DNA of 64,000 nucleotides from Obrimoposthia wandeli (Eukaryota): NCBI GenBank assembly GCA_977020255.1, contig CDROCS010003798.1, positions 124,001 to 188,000 of the forward strand, read 5' to 3'. Shown piece by piece: positions 1 to 11,519 of this stretch (position 1 is its first letter; each line of letters starts with the position of its first letter). The notes under the pieces were generated by a model. It saw only the letters and a program-made list of their open reading frames with translations, ran no database searches and was not told where the DNA came from. The position numbers and the translations under genes were made by a program.

Positions 1-524
1 CGACACAATTTATATTTCAGGGAAACGCTTTGATGTAGTAACTTAGAAATCAATATTTCCGATCTAAATGAGAGGCCGGCAGTTTTCTGAGCTCATATTT
101 CCAGTTCATTTTCACATTCACAGTTACAATCCAACCTGTAAAAGGGTGTAGCAAAATAGCTAATTGAGCGAGAAAATATGTTTAATTGCAGATACTTAAG
201 GAAGATACAGGAGTGTCAGAATTCCCAAATAAACCTCAAATAACCTCTCGGGGGAATACGAAACAATCTCTCGAAGCTGTCTCTACAAAGTTGTCTACAA
301 ACATTACAAAAACACATTGACATAATATTTACTAAAATATGAATTACACAAATTTAAATACCAGGAAAGGAGCTCTTTACAATGGTACATCGACATCCCC
401 TCTCGCTGTTTCCCTTCCAAAGATACACGTCCTCAAACACGTCCATAGCCACACATTTCGAGAGTATTTTGAATGTGTCTTCGGTTTGGATTAGTTTATC
501 AAGAAAAAATGATTAACTACATAC

Positions 525-902
525 CAACGGTTTGCTGATCCACCCGTACTCTTGGTTACTTGTTGCCGGCGCAGCGTACTTCTTTGTTGGCTCCAAGCTG
601 GCTCGATTTATAATGCTTTTGAAAGAGTCTAAAACGGACATGTTTCAGTTGAAGTATTTGATTGCAACAATTACCGTCTTCAACATTGAGCTCCACAGCC
701 ACATTGGGTTTCTCAGCTAAGGCATAAACTAAATATACATCAGATAAATTCAACTTACGACAATAAATGTACTTTTAGTGAATGGATTAATTCCAAAATT
801 TGAGTGAATTTTTAACGTTAAATTTTCCTTTCTAACAGTTTCAGCCAAAATTTTCTGTTTATGTACGAAATTTATCTCCTTTGGTTCCGCGGCTTTAGTC
901 AT
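525..902 (-). CDS. CFAP144: CFAP144/FAM183-like ciliary microtubule inner protein, exons 1-3 (902-773, 728-675, 628-525); last exon not identified
   Basis: Removing two GT-AG introns (44 and 46 nt) gives MTKAAEPKEINFVHKQKILAETVRKENLTLKIHSNFGINPFTKIYALAEKPNVAVELNVEDDSFKSIINRASLEPTKKYAAPATSNQEYGWISKPL, which matches the FAM183 pattern (VHxxxIL.E...KE, NP..K, PTKKY...T.NQE.GW). Splice phases are consistent. Confidence 0.75.
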
Positions 903-1149
903 TGAAAAATATAGTTTTGACTAAATTTAGTTATGTTAACAAAAATACTTTGAAATTGAGTATTATTTTCTCTATGGAAACCGAATATTTAAACAAATAT
1001 TTGTTTGAAAAATATTTACAGGAATACGAATCAGCTCGAAATGAACAGCTGGTGTGTATAATTATAAGAGAAACAACATATGGATATTGTGATACGATAT
1101 AAAACACCAAGTCCTCTGTTTCAATCAATATAGCACTTTTCACTAAATT

Positions 1150-1467
1150 ATGTCATATTTATCATCGATTCTTATGTTTGTTCTCGCTGTGACAATCATG
1201 TGTCAAGCCATAGACGAAGACGTCGATTGGTACGAGGGGTGTAAACTGGACAACCCTTGTAATTGGCCTGCAGCTTCTAGAATGCACTTCAGCGACGGGT
1301 GTAATTCGTGTTATTGTGGAAGCTGCGTTCCTGGCGAAGGTATTGATTGTATGTCATTTTGTACTCGCTCCTCGTGTCAGTTTCCCCAGAGTGAAATTGA
1401 GGCCCGTTGCGACCGTGCCAAGGAAAAACTCGACCAATCATACACCAATCACGTGCTTTGGCAATAA
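1150..1467 (+). CDS. Small secreted cysteine-rich protein with a pacifastin/vWC-like motif, 105 aa
   Basis: Hydrophobic N-terminal signal peptide, 10 Cys in the mature part, DGCNSCYC...CTRSSC motif, single intact ORF. Confidence 0.7.
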   Translation: MSYLSSILMFVLAVTIMCQAIDEDVDWYEGCKLDNPCNWPAASRMHFSDGCNSCYCGSCVPGEGIDCMSFCTRSSCQFPQSEIEARCDRAKEKLDQSYTNHVLWQ

Positions 1468-3096
1468 GATGATGATTTTCTCCGGTTGACATTGTATTGA
1501 AATAGATATGCTGAGGAATTTTGAATTTTATTGCTTTATATGAAGGTTTAGAACAATTTCGATGTGTAAATAAATAAATATAATCCAGTTTTCGTACTGA
1601 AGTTTAAAATAAATACAAAATTCGCTACCCAAAGCTTCAAATGTGACCAGATAAATGACTAGCAATCCCTATCAATCCCTGACTAGCATTTCATAGTGGT
1701 TATTTTTCAAACAGAATTATATATGTTATCGGAAATATCCATAATTAGGCAAGAATATTTTATAGGCATTATGCATTATGCCTAATAATATTACCTAATA
1801 AAAGAATTAAGCATAATTTTTCATTTTTAACACGAAATTAAGGATAAATCTTAAGCAATATATTTGAAAAAGAATAATAAGTAGAAAATTATTTTTACTA
1901 GTAAAATATACGTCATTTGACTATTTAAAACAGTTTGGCATATCATGCATATGATAATAATTTTAAAAAAATATAAATTACATTTATTTAATCGACTTAT
2001 AATCAAATAAATCGATTAAATAATCTTTAATAAATTCATTAATTTATTTATGCATCAACATTACAACATCAAATAGAAATTTACAAATCTTATGTCACAA
2101 AGTATCAAAATAGCGGTCTAATGAACACTGAAACCAAGGAAACAGTATTACGAAGATTTTGAGTATCTGAATTAACTGATAGGGGAAAAGAGAAATATAA
2201 GTACATGATTTTGAGCGTCTTAAGCAGACATGTATTTGAAGAATTGGAAGTTTAAATATAATAATCAACAAGAAGAAAGAATAATATAAGAATACAAACC
2301 AATTGAAGAACTCTGGTATTGTTTAAACCAGACTGGTTCCAAGACTGGACAAGGTGGAGGAGATCGCAGGCTACATTGGGCAAATGAGCTTAATCTGAAA
2401 AATATAAGGAGCGAATGGTCTGAACTGTTTCTGTAATCCTGCTGTAAAAATGCCAGAAGAAGAAACGTCATCTTTTCCAGCCGGGATTCAACCAAAACAA
2501 TTTTTCACTGAGTAATAATATTCTGATGGAACTGAAATTTGGCAAGCAATTTGTGATCGATGTCTGGCCACCGTTTCCAAAGTTTCATTCAATAATATTT
2601 ATTCCTTCGGATATATATACTCCCGCAACCCAGGTTCTACCAGCATTTATACATTTATGAAATTATTGATTTTATCTATTGATTTTTTTCGACAAATAAA
2701 ATGAACTTGATTGTTTCCAGTTTGTTTTACCAGTACTAATGCAAATATTGTTTGAACCGAATTATATCTGGCCTAGCGCACCAAGAAGCTGCTGACCACC
2801 TGGTATATTTATACTTATTACATTTCTTGAATGAAAGCATATTAAATTTATGCAAAGGTTTTAAACTTAAATAATTTAATAAATTTTTATTGCTAAATCA
2901 TTATGAATTTGATTTAACAAGAATTTATCATTCATATCTTTTCATGATATTTTATTTAAATTTTGTGTTTTTATTATTTTTTAAATTTAATAAAATGATG
3001 AAGAATGTAAAGTCAATTCGATAATAAAAATATATGTTATTCGACCCAAAGTCACAATATTGAGACAGTCGCAAGGTCAGATGAGGTTACATGGGA

Positions 3097-6000
3097 TTAT
3101 TTCTGAATGAGGAGCCACCGTACATGAGCACAATCGTCAATACTGAGGTTGTTTCCACCGTGGGATGATGTGTGGACCACAGCCAACACAGTTCTGACCA
3201 GGAGCAAGGACGTTTCTGGGTCAGGGTTACCTGCAAGAATACGATGCATACCGAGAATGGCGCCTACAACTAGTTTCAAATTTATCTGCTGATCTGTGAG
3301 ACCTATTCAATAGAATGGTACAATTGAGATACATCAACAAATACTCTTATTTCACCTCATAGTAGATATATAAAGACAAATTTGTATTGACAAGTTTGTG
3401 CATGATCGAGGTTGTGCATGATCGAGGTTGTGCATGGTCGAGGTTGTGCATGGTCGAGGTTGTGCATGATTGAGGTTGTGCATGATCGAGGTTGTGCATG
3501 ATCGATGTTGTGCATGATCGAGGTTGTGCATGATGGAGGTTGTGCATGATCGAGGTAGTGCATGATCGAGGTTGTGCATGATCGAGGTTGTGCATGATCG
3601 ATGTTGTGCATGATCGAGGTTGTGCATGATCGAGGTTGTGCATGATCGAGGTTGTGCATGATTGAGGTTGTGCATGATTGAGGTTGTGTATGATTGAGGT
3701 TGTGCATGATCGAGGTTGTGCATGATCGAGGTTGTGTATGATCGAGGTTGTGTATGATCGAGGTTGTGCATGGTCGAGGTTGTGCATGATCGAGGTTGTG
3801 CATGGTCGAGGTTGTGCATGATCGAGGTTGTGCATGATCGAGGTTGTGCATGATCGAGGTTGTGCATGATCGATGTTGTGCATGATCGAGGTTGTGCATG
3901 ATCGAGGTTGTGCATGATCGAGGTTGTGCATGATCGAGGTTGTGCATGATCGAGGTTGTGCATGATCGAGGTTGTGCATGATCGAGGTTGTGCATGATCG
4001 AGGTTGTGCATGATCGAGGTTGTGCATGATGGAGGTTGTGCATGATCGAGGTTGTGCATGATCGAGGTTGTGCATGATCGATGTTGTGCATGATCGATGT
4101 TGTGCATGATCGAGGTTATGCATGATCGAGGTTGTGCATGATCGAGGTTGTGCATGATCGAGGTTGTGCATGATTGAGGTTGTGCATGATTGAGGTTGTG
4201 CATGATCGAGGTTGTGCATGATCGAGGTTGTGTATGATCGAGGTTGTGTATGATCGAGGTTGTGCATGATTGAGGTTGTGCATGATCGAGGTTGTGCATG
4301 GTCGAGGTTGTGCATGATCGAGGTTGTGCATGATGGAGGTTGTGCATGATGGAGGTTGTGCGTGATCGAGGTTGTGCATGATCAAAGTTGTGCATGATCG
4401 AGGTTGTGCATGATCGAGGTTGTGCATGATCGAGGTTGTGTAGGATAAGTGTTGTGTACATATTGTGCCTTGAGTAAATTACCTGTTTGCGATGGTTGGT
4501 CCTCGGGTACTCGCTGCGCCCAGTGAGTCTGTACAGTATCAGAATCGTCCCGAAGACCAGAGACTGTGGTCCAAGCGGCAATGTAGTCCTTGCAGCAGCT
4601 CTGAGAGTCCTCATCGGATCCTTGGTAGTCTCTGATTTGAGCGAGGTGCAGTTGCAACCAGAACCACGACAGCGTCAGTCCGTCTGCTGTCATCAGCCTG
4701 TACAAAACATCCACGAATAGAAGATAAATGACGACCTCAGTGGGTGTGTCTTGAAGAAACAAAGAAGTAAACTAGAGATTTATCTATTTATGTTTAAATA
4801 TATCTAAATTTACCAAATTTGAACTGATATTTATTTAACATAATTCAGATTTTTATGCAAATTCTGTAATTATATTAAGTTATAACGGCTTAAAAGCACT
4901 AAAATACTCAAAATAATTTTCCCCTATCAGTTAACCCAAAACATTTGTATCTTTCTGCGTACAGTTTCTTCTATGATATAAACTGGTCAGATCACGACCC
5001 AACTTGTATTTGATGGGGCCTTTAATGGTTTTCAATCTACGGCATGTGGTTCTTCTCAGTTGTAGATGAATCTATTGCGTTTATAAGCAAAGCCTTTCAG
5101 TTGAATCACTACTCAAATTGATTTTTCTTATAAAGATAAGTGAGTTACAAGTATTTGTTATTTACTATTCTTGCACAGTTGTAATCTTTTTTATTCATAC
5201 CATCTTGACGTAACTCTTTGTTAACATAAGAAATAGACAAATCTACTTCTTGTCTGACTTTATATTTATATAATGTAAGGATCATCTGCAAAATCAGTAC
5301 CAACTTTCACATGTGATCTCCTACTGCATCACACGGATGATGCCCCGTCAAAGTCAACAAAATATATTTTTCCAATCCAACAATGATTTGTGGCGATTGT
5401 TTGTTAAACTTATTAGTAAAAATTTGCCTTTTGTCACTCTTAAATGTTACTGCAAGACAAACAACTGATTCGATTACTTCATTATTTATGTCACGGTATT
5501 ACATACTCTATTTCAATTGTTATATAAACAACAAATTCATGAAAATGATTTATTGAAACAATGTCTTTTAAAATCCATGGGATGATGAAGGAAAATTTTC
5601 AGTATTTAATCATTAGATTTTCAGATTTTTTTATTTTCTTTTTTGTCTAAGTTGAGCCCGTATACGGGTCTCAATAGTTTCCTAATATGCGTACTATAAT
5701 TACACATCCCACTTCAAAATGTATCGTTTCCAATGAGGCCTATGCATATATTTTTTTCTTTCTTTTATCCGACTTTCATTTTACTTTAATAGTCTAGAGC
5801 ATAGGTATCACAGTGGGTTCCGCGAGCCAAAATTGACTAGAAAATATATTTACAAAAATTGGCATTAACGTTACTCACCTACTATAACTACTTAATAAAT
5901 TCTTCATTAGTTTAACTTTAAATTTTTATTTGTTTGTCAATTTAAATAAGTTTAATTTTTATTCTTCACTTTATGATTTTAAGTATTTTTAAATAGATAG

Positions 6001-7339
6001 GAGTTCCAATATTTTAAAAATAAAATCAAAGAGTTCCGTAGCCAACTGTTTGGTAACCCCTGGTCTACAGAAAAGCTGTTTAATTCATTTAATAATCTGT
6101 ATACGACAAAATTTATTTGCATGCATATTTAAAAATGCTTATCAAGCACTAAATTTGAAATATCGTTTTAATAGATCAATTACAGAAGCTATATTAATTA
6201 CATCTTCGTTGACTTCAATGTAGCCGCTCTTCTTGCGGAATAATATGTGGTGCCATTGGCAAAGGTTTAGTCACCAAGTTGCGAGTTACGGTCAGTCCTA
6301 AAGTTTTTTAATATAATATTATAAACATAACCTCCTAATCTACAAAAAACCCTTAATAGTTCTTAAACTACCATCCTTTCATCGTTAGGGGTATTTTTCT
6401 ATGTATTTTAATAAAAAAAGGCAGCACAAATGACTTTTCGCGGCACTATTCATTTTGTTAACACACCATCTAGTAAAAAATCAATTTTTTTCCTGCCCTG
6501 TAGGTGTGTGACTGTATGCATTCTATAGTAAGTAATTATTCAGTTTTTACAGCACCATTCATTTTGGATAGATGCTGTTATTATCGGTAAGTTTCACTAT
6601 GTATTATTATTAATCTCATTCTTATACTATATGATTGTGTGATGACTTGTTATAACGGCACTAATCAGTTGGATTAGGTGTAACAACACTAATATTATGA
6701 GTTGGACTTATGTCTTTAATTGCTGTAGAGTCCAAGACTAAATTTAACTTTTTTACCCTAGGTAGTATTTTCTATCAGATATCTGACCATATTTGGAAAA
6801 TACTTATAAATATGAGTACTTGCATTCTAGTACAGAAAATCACTCTAAGAAACATTTAAAGAACAAATTTCCCAATCAGAAATTTTTTTTTACCAACCTC
6901 CCAGATATTGTCTTTAGCACTTGCATCAGTAATTCCATTTCGGATTGGTTCAAACTTTTCTTCCTAAGACTCCGAAAAATCTAAAGATGAATATTAGTCA
7001 AATATTTTTTCATATCAAAATAAATTAATTTCAAATCATAATAAAATGGAATTAAAAGTTCAGGAAAATTTTAATTATTTTTTTTGTTAGAAATGTATGC
7101 GTACCTTTATATACGCTTATATATTTAGAAATCATTTTATTTGAGATAATACAAAATTTATTAAAAAAATTTAAATAATTACATTCAGAAAAAGAGAGAT
7201 AAACCGAAAAAACCCGTTACTCTAACAAGTTGTGATCTTGACATTTCTTCTTTTCGTGCTAGCGATTCCCCAATATAATGTTGGAGAATAATTTTGCTAA
7301 TGTAGCTGTCTCTTGAGCAAATGCAAAGAAAAAGATTAT
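3097..7339 (-). CDS. 3' exons of an unidentified multi-exon host gene (candidate exons 7339-7221, 6980-6898, 4771-4483, 3293-3097)
   Basis: GC-richer open segments bounded by AG/GT. 7339-7221 joins 6980-6898 in phase 0, and 4771-4483 joins 3293-3097 in phase 1 (..PSQT-D-QQINLKLVVGAILGMHRILAG..LIQK*). Product not recognised; intervening exons may be missed. Confidence 0.55.
3396..4440. repeat. 16-bp minisatellite (GTGCATGATCGAGGTT)n, about 65 copies, intronic
   Basis: Directly visible tandem array that fills most of the candidate intron 3294-4482. Confidence 0.97.
5800..6062. mobile_element. hAT (Charlie-like) MITE, copy 1
   Basis: Ends in TTTGGTAACCCCTG, near-perfect 8-bp TSD GTCTAGAG/GTCTACAG, internal sequence shared with copies at 43672 and 59531. 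Confidence 0.75.
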
Positions 7340-7416
7340 CTGTTGATTTATTGGCTAATTATCAATTTTAGTTTACACAACATAATATAATAAATATTTA
7401 ATACATGAAAACACGC

Positions 7417-8008
7417 TGAGGTCAAGTCAAGGTCATGATCTCCTGAGATCAAGGTCATTTAAGGTCAAGTTAAGGTCATGACGTCATGAGGACAATGTCA
7501 TTTAAGGTCACGGTGAGGTCGAAAGATGACTCATCGATGACTCATTGATGACTCATATTCTATTTTAGTAACATACTTTAAAACTATATATCTTTTTATC
7601 TGAAGGTTGTATTAACACGCAGTCTTCACCAAAAGACATATCGTGTGTGTGTTTAAGCTTATATAATTTATTTAAACTAAATTATCTACTTATAAAATTT
7701 AGTATTATATAATTTGATAAATATGTTTAAACGTTCGTGTATCTATCTAACAAAGACAGTCACGTACTGCATCTATATTGCAAATACTTGCAACTTTATG
7801 TAATTAATAGTAAAAAGCCAAGTACTACATTTATTCTTATACATGTATGTATGTGTGTGAGTGTCTAAGATAGACATTCATCAATATCTACAAAGACAGT
7901 CACGTGTGTGTGTCTGAGTGTCTAACAAAGACAGTCATCAATAGCTACAAAGACAGTCACGTACTGCATCTATATTGCAAAAAACCTGCAACTTTATGTA
8001 AATACAAA
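7417..8008 (+). repeat. Left TIR of the Polinton, outer ~180 bp missing
   Basis: Reverse complement of about 20914-21590, diverged by small indels and substitutions. Confidence 0.92.
7419..7555 (+). promoter_or_regulatory. Transcription-factor motif cluster in left TIR: 6 AGGTCA, 1 TGACGTCA, 3 TGACTCA
   Basis: AGGTCA at 7419, 7430, 7452, 7462, 7473, 7505; CRE at 7479; AP-1 at 7527, 7538, 7549. Function is inferred only. Confidence 0.55.
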
Positions 8009-9502
8009 TAATTTTAAAATAAAGACGAGTATTTTTGACACATATATTCCTTAAAATCACAAAAGAGAGTAAAAATATATACATAACATATAAAAAGTTT
8101 ATACAACATCGTCCGGGTATAAAAAGTGACCATAGGCAACTGATCGGTTTTTCTCCACCCACTTGCGTTTATCATCGTTACTGCTTAAGGCAATTTTACT
8201 TAACCTTACAGTAAAAAGTTGATGATTTAGCGAGCTTGTACGTTGTTGTTGTACACGCTCGCTAACGCCACTCTCATAAACGGCTAAGTAATTAGAGTGC
8301 CTAATACTCGTCTGCCGGAGACTAATACCTTTTGCTCTCATCTGAGATTCACCTTCTGTAGTCTCTAGGCTATATGATTTTGGACGTAGAAAAACCCTTG
8401 CCTATAGCTAAATAATCCCTTACTCTCATCTTTAAATTTTCCTATCGCTGTATTAAGCGTCGTATAAAGCGGATGGGTTTTTGGAAATTTCGAGGTATCC
8501 AACAGTCCATCAGCAATCATAGCAGGTAACAGTGATTCTTGAACATTTACATTATTGCCCTTCAAGAAAAAGCTCTCAGTGTCATCCGCTATAATTCTAA
8601 TGTCGCAGTTAAAGTGATCTCGATATTTCTCCAACTGCTCATATTGTAGCTCATACATACGAAGTTTGCTTAAATCTAATACTGCTTGGCTCATATAACT
8701 AGGACGATCCAAAACAATATTTTCCTTATCCAGTAGAACTGCAATAAGGTCCGTATCGATTTCGATTGTCCTACGAAAGTGGGCTTTACTGCAATAGGTA
8801 ACCAGCTTCCGTGGAGTATTACAAATCCGGAGGTTAATTCTTTTCATCAGATTCTCAATGAGTTTTCCAAATAAAGAATTCACCTTCAGTTTGTAATAAT
8901 TCCGCTCGAAATCTGTTGTAGCTGCAGCTCTTTTGAGAGAATTATCCTCAATATATTTTGAAAAAACATTAGTTTGTTCAAAATGTATTGCTCTATATAC
9001 AAAATCTACCTTAGAATGAAATCTAACGTACATTTGTAGCAATCTAGAATGCACAACATAATGTTTCTTAGGGTAATGTGTTAATAACAATTTTTCAGTC
9101 TTGGATGGACGCTGTTTAATTGGAGCAAGGGAAGATCGTCGAATTTATTATGTAGCTCATTGGGAATGGATAAATCTATTTCCAATAAATGAGCGAAGCG
9201 ACTACAGGAAAAATCTGCTGATTTTAAGCTGGAAATAATATTCCCCAACTCTAACCGATCAGTCACCCAGGAAAAGTTACCACAAGGTAAAAACTGGGAC
9301 ATGGCCCACCCGTACAAATTGTTTACATCAATGTACAAAGGTTCCACGCGGTGTTCATTGACAAAGGTCATGCCCCCACGAATCCCGGAGCGGAAGAGAC
9401 GGTATATCTCCGGATCCTGTATTAGCTCGACTCGCACAGGACGAGCAGAAGAAGAAGAATCCGGGCGAAGCAGGGATTTGAAAGCACTCGCAAAAGTCAG
9501 TC

Positions 9503-9664
9503 CTGGAAATAAAACATTTATTAAAATCATTGTGAAAATCATTACTTTGTGAAAATTATTACTTTATGAAAATCATTACTTTGTGAAAAGTTACTTTATA
9601 AAAATTACTTATTGAAAGTTTACTTGGTGAAAATTTACTTGTTGAAAATTAGTAAAATACAAAC
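9503..9664 (-). other. Putative 162-nt spliceosomal intron in pPolB
   Basis: CCT G|GTTTGT...TTTATTTCCAG|GA CTG; removal gives NFFSIPGLTFASAFK, the conserved PGL segment. Interior is AT-rich with a degenerate ~17-bp tandem repeat. Confidence 0.75.
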
Positions 9665-11261
9665 CAGGAATGGAGAAGAAATTTAGCGGCTCTAATCCAT
9701 CGTCAGCAATGGCCTTGGTCCGGAATGCTGTAAACACATCTGCTAGGAGGTAGACGTCCATCTTCATATAGACCAGCATATAGTCCTAGAGCGATGAGCA
9801 GCCGCTCTGAGTCCAGACTATCTTCGCCATCTCATATTGTGCTGGCTTGATCTTCTCATCCCACTTTGGCGGTAAGCTGGTGATTGCGCGAAGAGCAGTC
9901 TCTGATACTGCCATATCGTATGGGAAGATGCTCTTAGCGCCCACCAGATGTTGCCGGAAAACTGAATGTGTTAGAGGAGTCACACCCAGGTTTTCTACAA
10001 GTTTTTCAAGTCCGCTGTTCAAAAATTGCAAGAAATCTATAAAGCGAATACAGACTTCCCCAATACGTACCATCATAGCCTGAAATTTCTCTGATGATTG
10101 AGCTATCACATTACAGTCCCAATGAGGAAACTTGCAAAGTGCGAGTTTCAATAAGTGGTGTATATCATAACCCATCAGATTATGAAAAATGACGGGAAAA
10201 GATCGATTAAGTCTCCTTGATAAGTTGCATTTCGTATGCGCTGCTCTGAGGTATTCGCCAGTCATGTGATCGTGATCTCAAACTTTGTTTGTTAGTTTCT
10301 TCTTACACAAGTAACATATTATTGCGGCATTGAAACTCGATACCTGTTCCTGTGTAAGTTGTCGTAAGTACTCCCCTGGATATAGTTCATTGTTGTTGTT
10401 TTAGTCACAACAAGCGAAATCTCCAGGAAGCTTGTCACTACCAAATTACTACTGCTTTGGGAATAATTCTCAATCTTCTTATTGATCCCATCTACTCCTG
10501 CATCTATAAACCCATCATCTATGGGGAGCCTTCTATTGAAAAAATTCCAAGCACGTGTTTCTCCAATATTGGAAAATTCAACACGCACTCCGAATTGTAC
10601 CTTGCAAGTCACAAACTTGTTGAGTGTATGCCTTAAACTAGTCAAACGTGATTCAGGAACTTGTAAACCAATGACATTGTCATTAGAAACATCTAATGAC
10701 AATGTCTCAATCGTGCCCCGAAGACTAGTCTTTCGCTAACGGCATTACCCCTGTGCAACTTCGCAACATAGCTACCTGAAGTGGGCATAACACTTCTCTT
10801 GCGGGTAGATGCTGGCAACAGCGCGGGGATCATACAAACTGTTGATAGAGGAGGCATAACTAGAACCATAGTAAAGGGTGCAGCAGATGGTGCAGCAACT
10901 GGAACAGCAATTGGTGCAGCAACTGGTGCAGCAACTGGAACAGCAATTGGGGCAGCAACTTGGGAAGAAGCAGTAACTGGCGAAGCAACTAGAGCAGCAA
11001 CCCGATCTTGAGAAATGGTAGCAGGAGAAGCAGTATGAGCTCTATCCTGGAAGATGGTCTTCTTGCCACGTTGCTGGAAATGGCGTAAGATGGGTGAGAT
11101 GACGCGCCACAAACTGCACCCAATCAATCTCATCCGCGGAGACATACTGGGCAGACGTAGAATAGTTGTCCATTGAACTTCTGTCCAAAGTAGCTCTTCA
11201 TTTTCCAGTCCCATTCCTCGTGAATCTCCTCAAAGCATAATTGTTTATTCATATTGCAATT

Positions 11262-11304
11262 CTAGAAAGAAAAATAATAAAAATAGAAATAACAAGAAAC
11301 TCAC
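11262..11304 (-). other. Putative 43-nt spliceosomal intron directly after an ATG micro-exon
   Basis: AAAATG|GTGAGT...pyrimidine tract...TTTCTAG|AAT TGC AAT ATG, in frame; length matches host introns of 42-46 nt. Confidence 0.7.
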
Positions 11305-11353
11305 CATTTTCAATTTCGTTTATAATATAGAGTTATTTGTTGATTGATACTTG

Positions 11354-11444
11354 CTTATATACTATTTTCGAGCTAGTATTAAGCCAATCAGATTCATTCA
11401 TTATTTAAACCAATCAGATTCATTTATTATTGAAAACAAATCAG
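11354..11444 (-). promoter_or_regulatory. Putative pPolB promoter: TATATAAG plus tandem CCAAT boxes
   Basis: CCAATCAGATTCATT at 11384 and 11410, degenerate third copy near 11437, TATATAAG at 11361-11354. Confidence 0.5.
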
Positions 11445-11519
11445 AATTGAAAATAGTTTACTGATTAATGTGAGTAGTTGATTTTTCATTAATATTTAAA
11501 TAATCCAAACTAGCTGCAA

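Larger units (their letters stand above)
8099..11307 (-). pseudogene. Protein-primed family B DNA polymerase (pPolB), frameshifted, with two putative introns
   Basis: Ordered fragments: terminal-protein-like segment (KVQFG..KIENYSQSSSN), endonuclease-VII-like CYLC..DHDHMTGEY..AH..CNL, ExoII FHNLMGYD, ExoIII region MDVYLLADVF, motif A DVNNLYGWAM, motif B KLKVNSLFGK, altered motif C ADDTES, C-terminal KIALSSNDDKR..AYGH. ExoI region appears deleted. Confidence 0.93.

Noticed and set aside
3347-4614. Long repetitive ORFs (322, 420, 244 aa; MHNLDHAQPRSCTTSI repeats)
   Set aside because: Artefact of a 16-bp unit lacking stops on the minus strand; all three frames give the same peptide, and the array lies in a candidate intron.
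7300-7417. Left terminus and 6-bp TSD of the Polinton
   Set aside because: No GTATCT+AGTAGG junction found; the left end is deleted, so the TSD cannot be confirmed.
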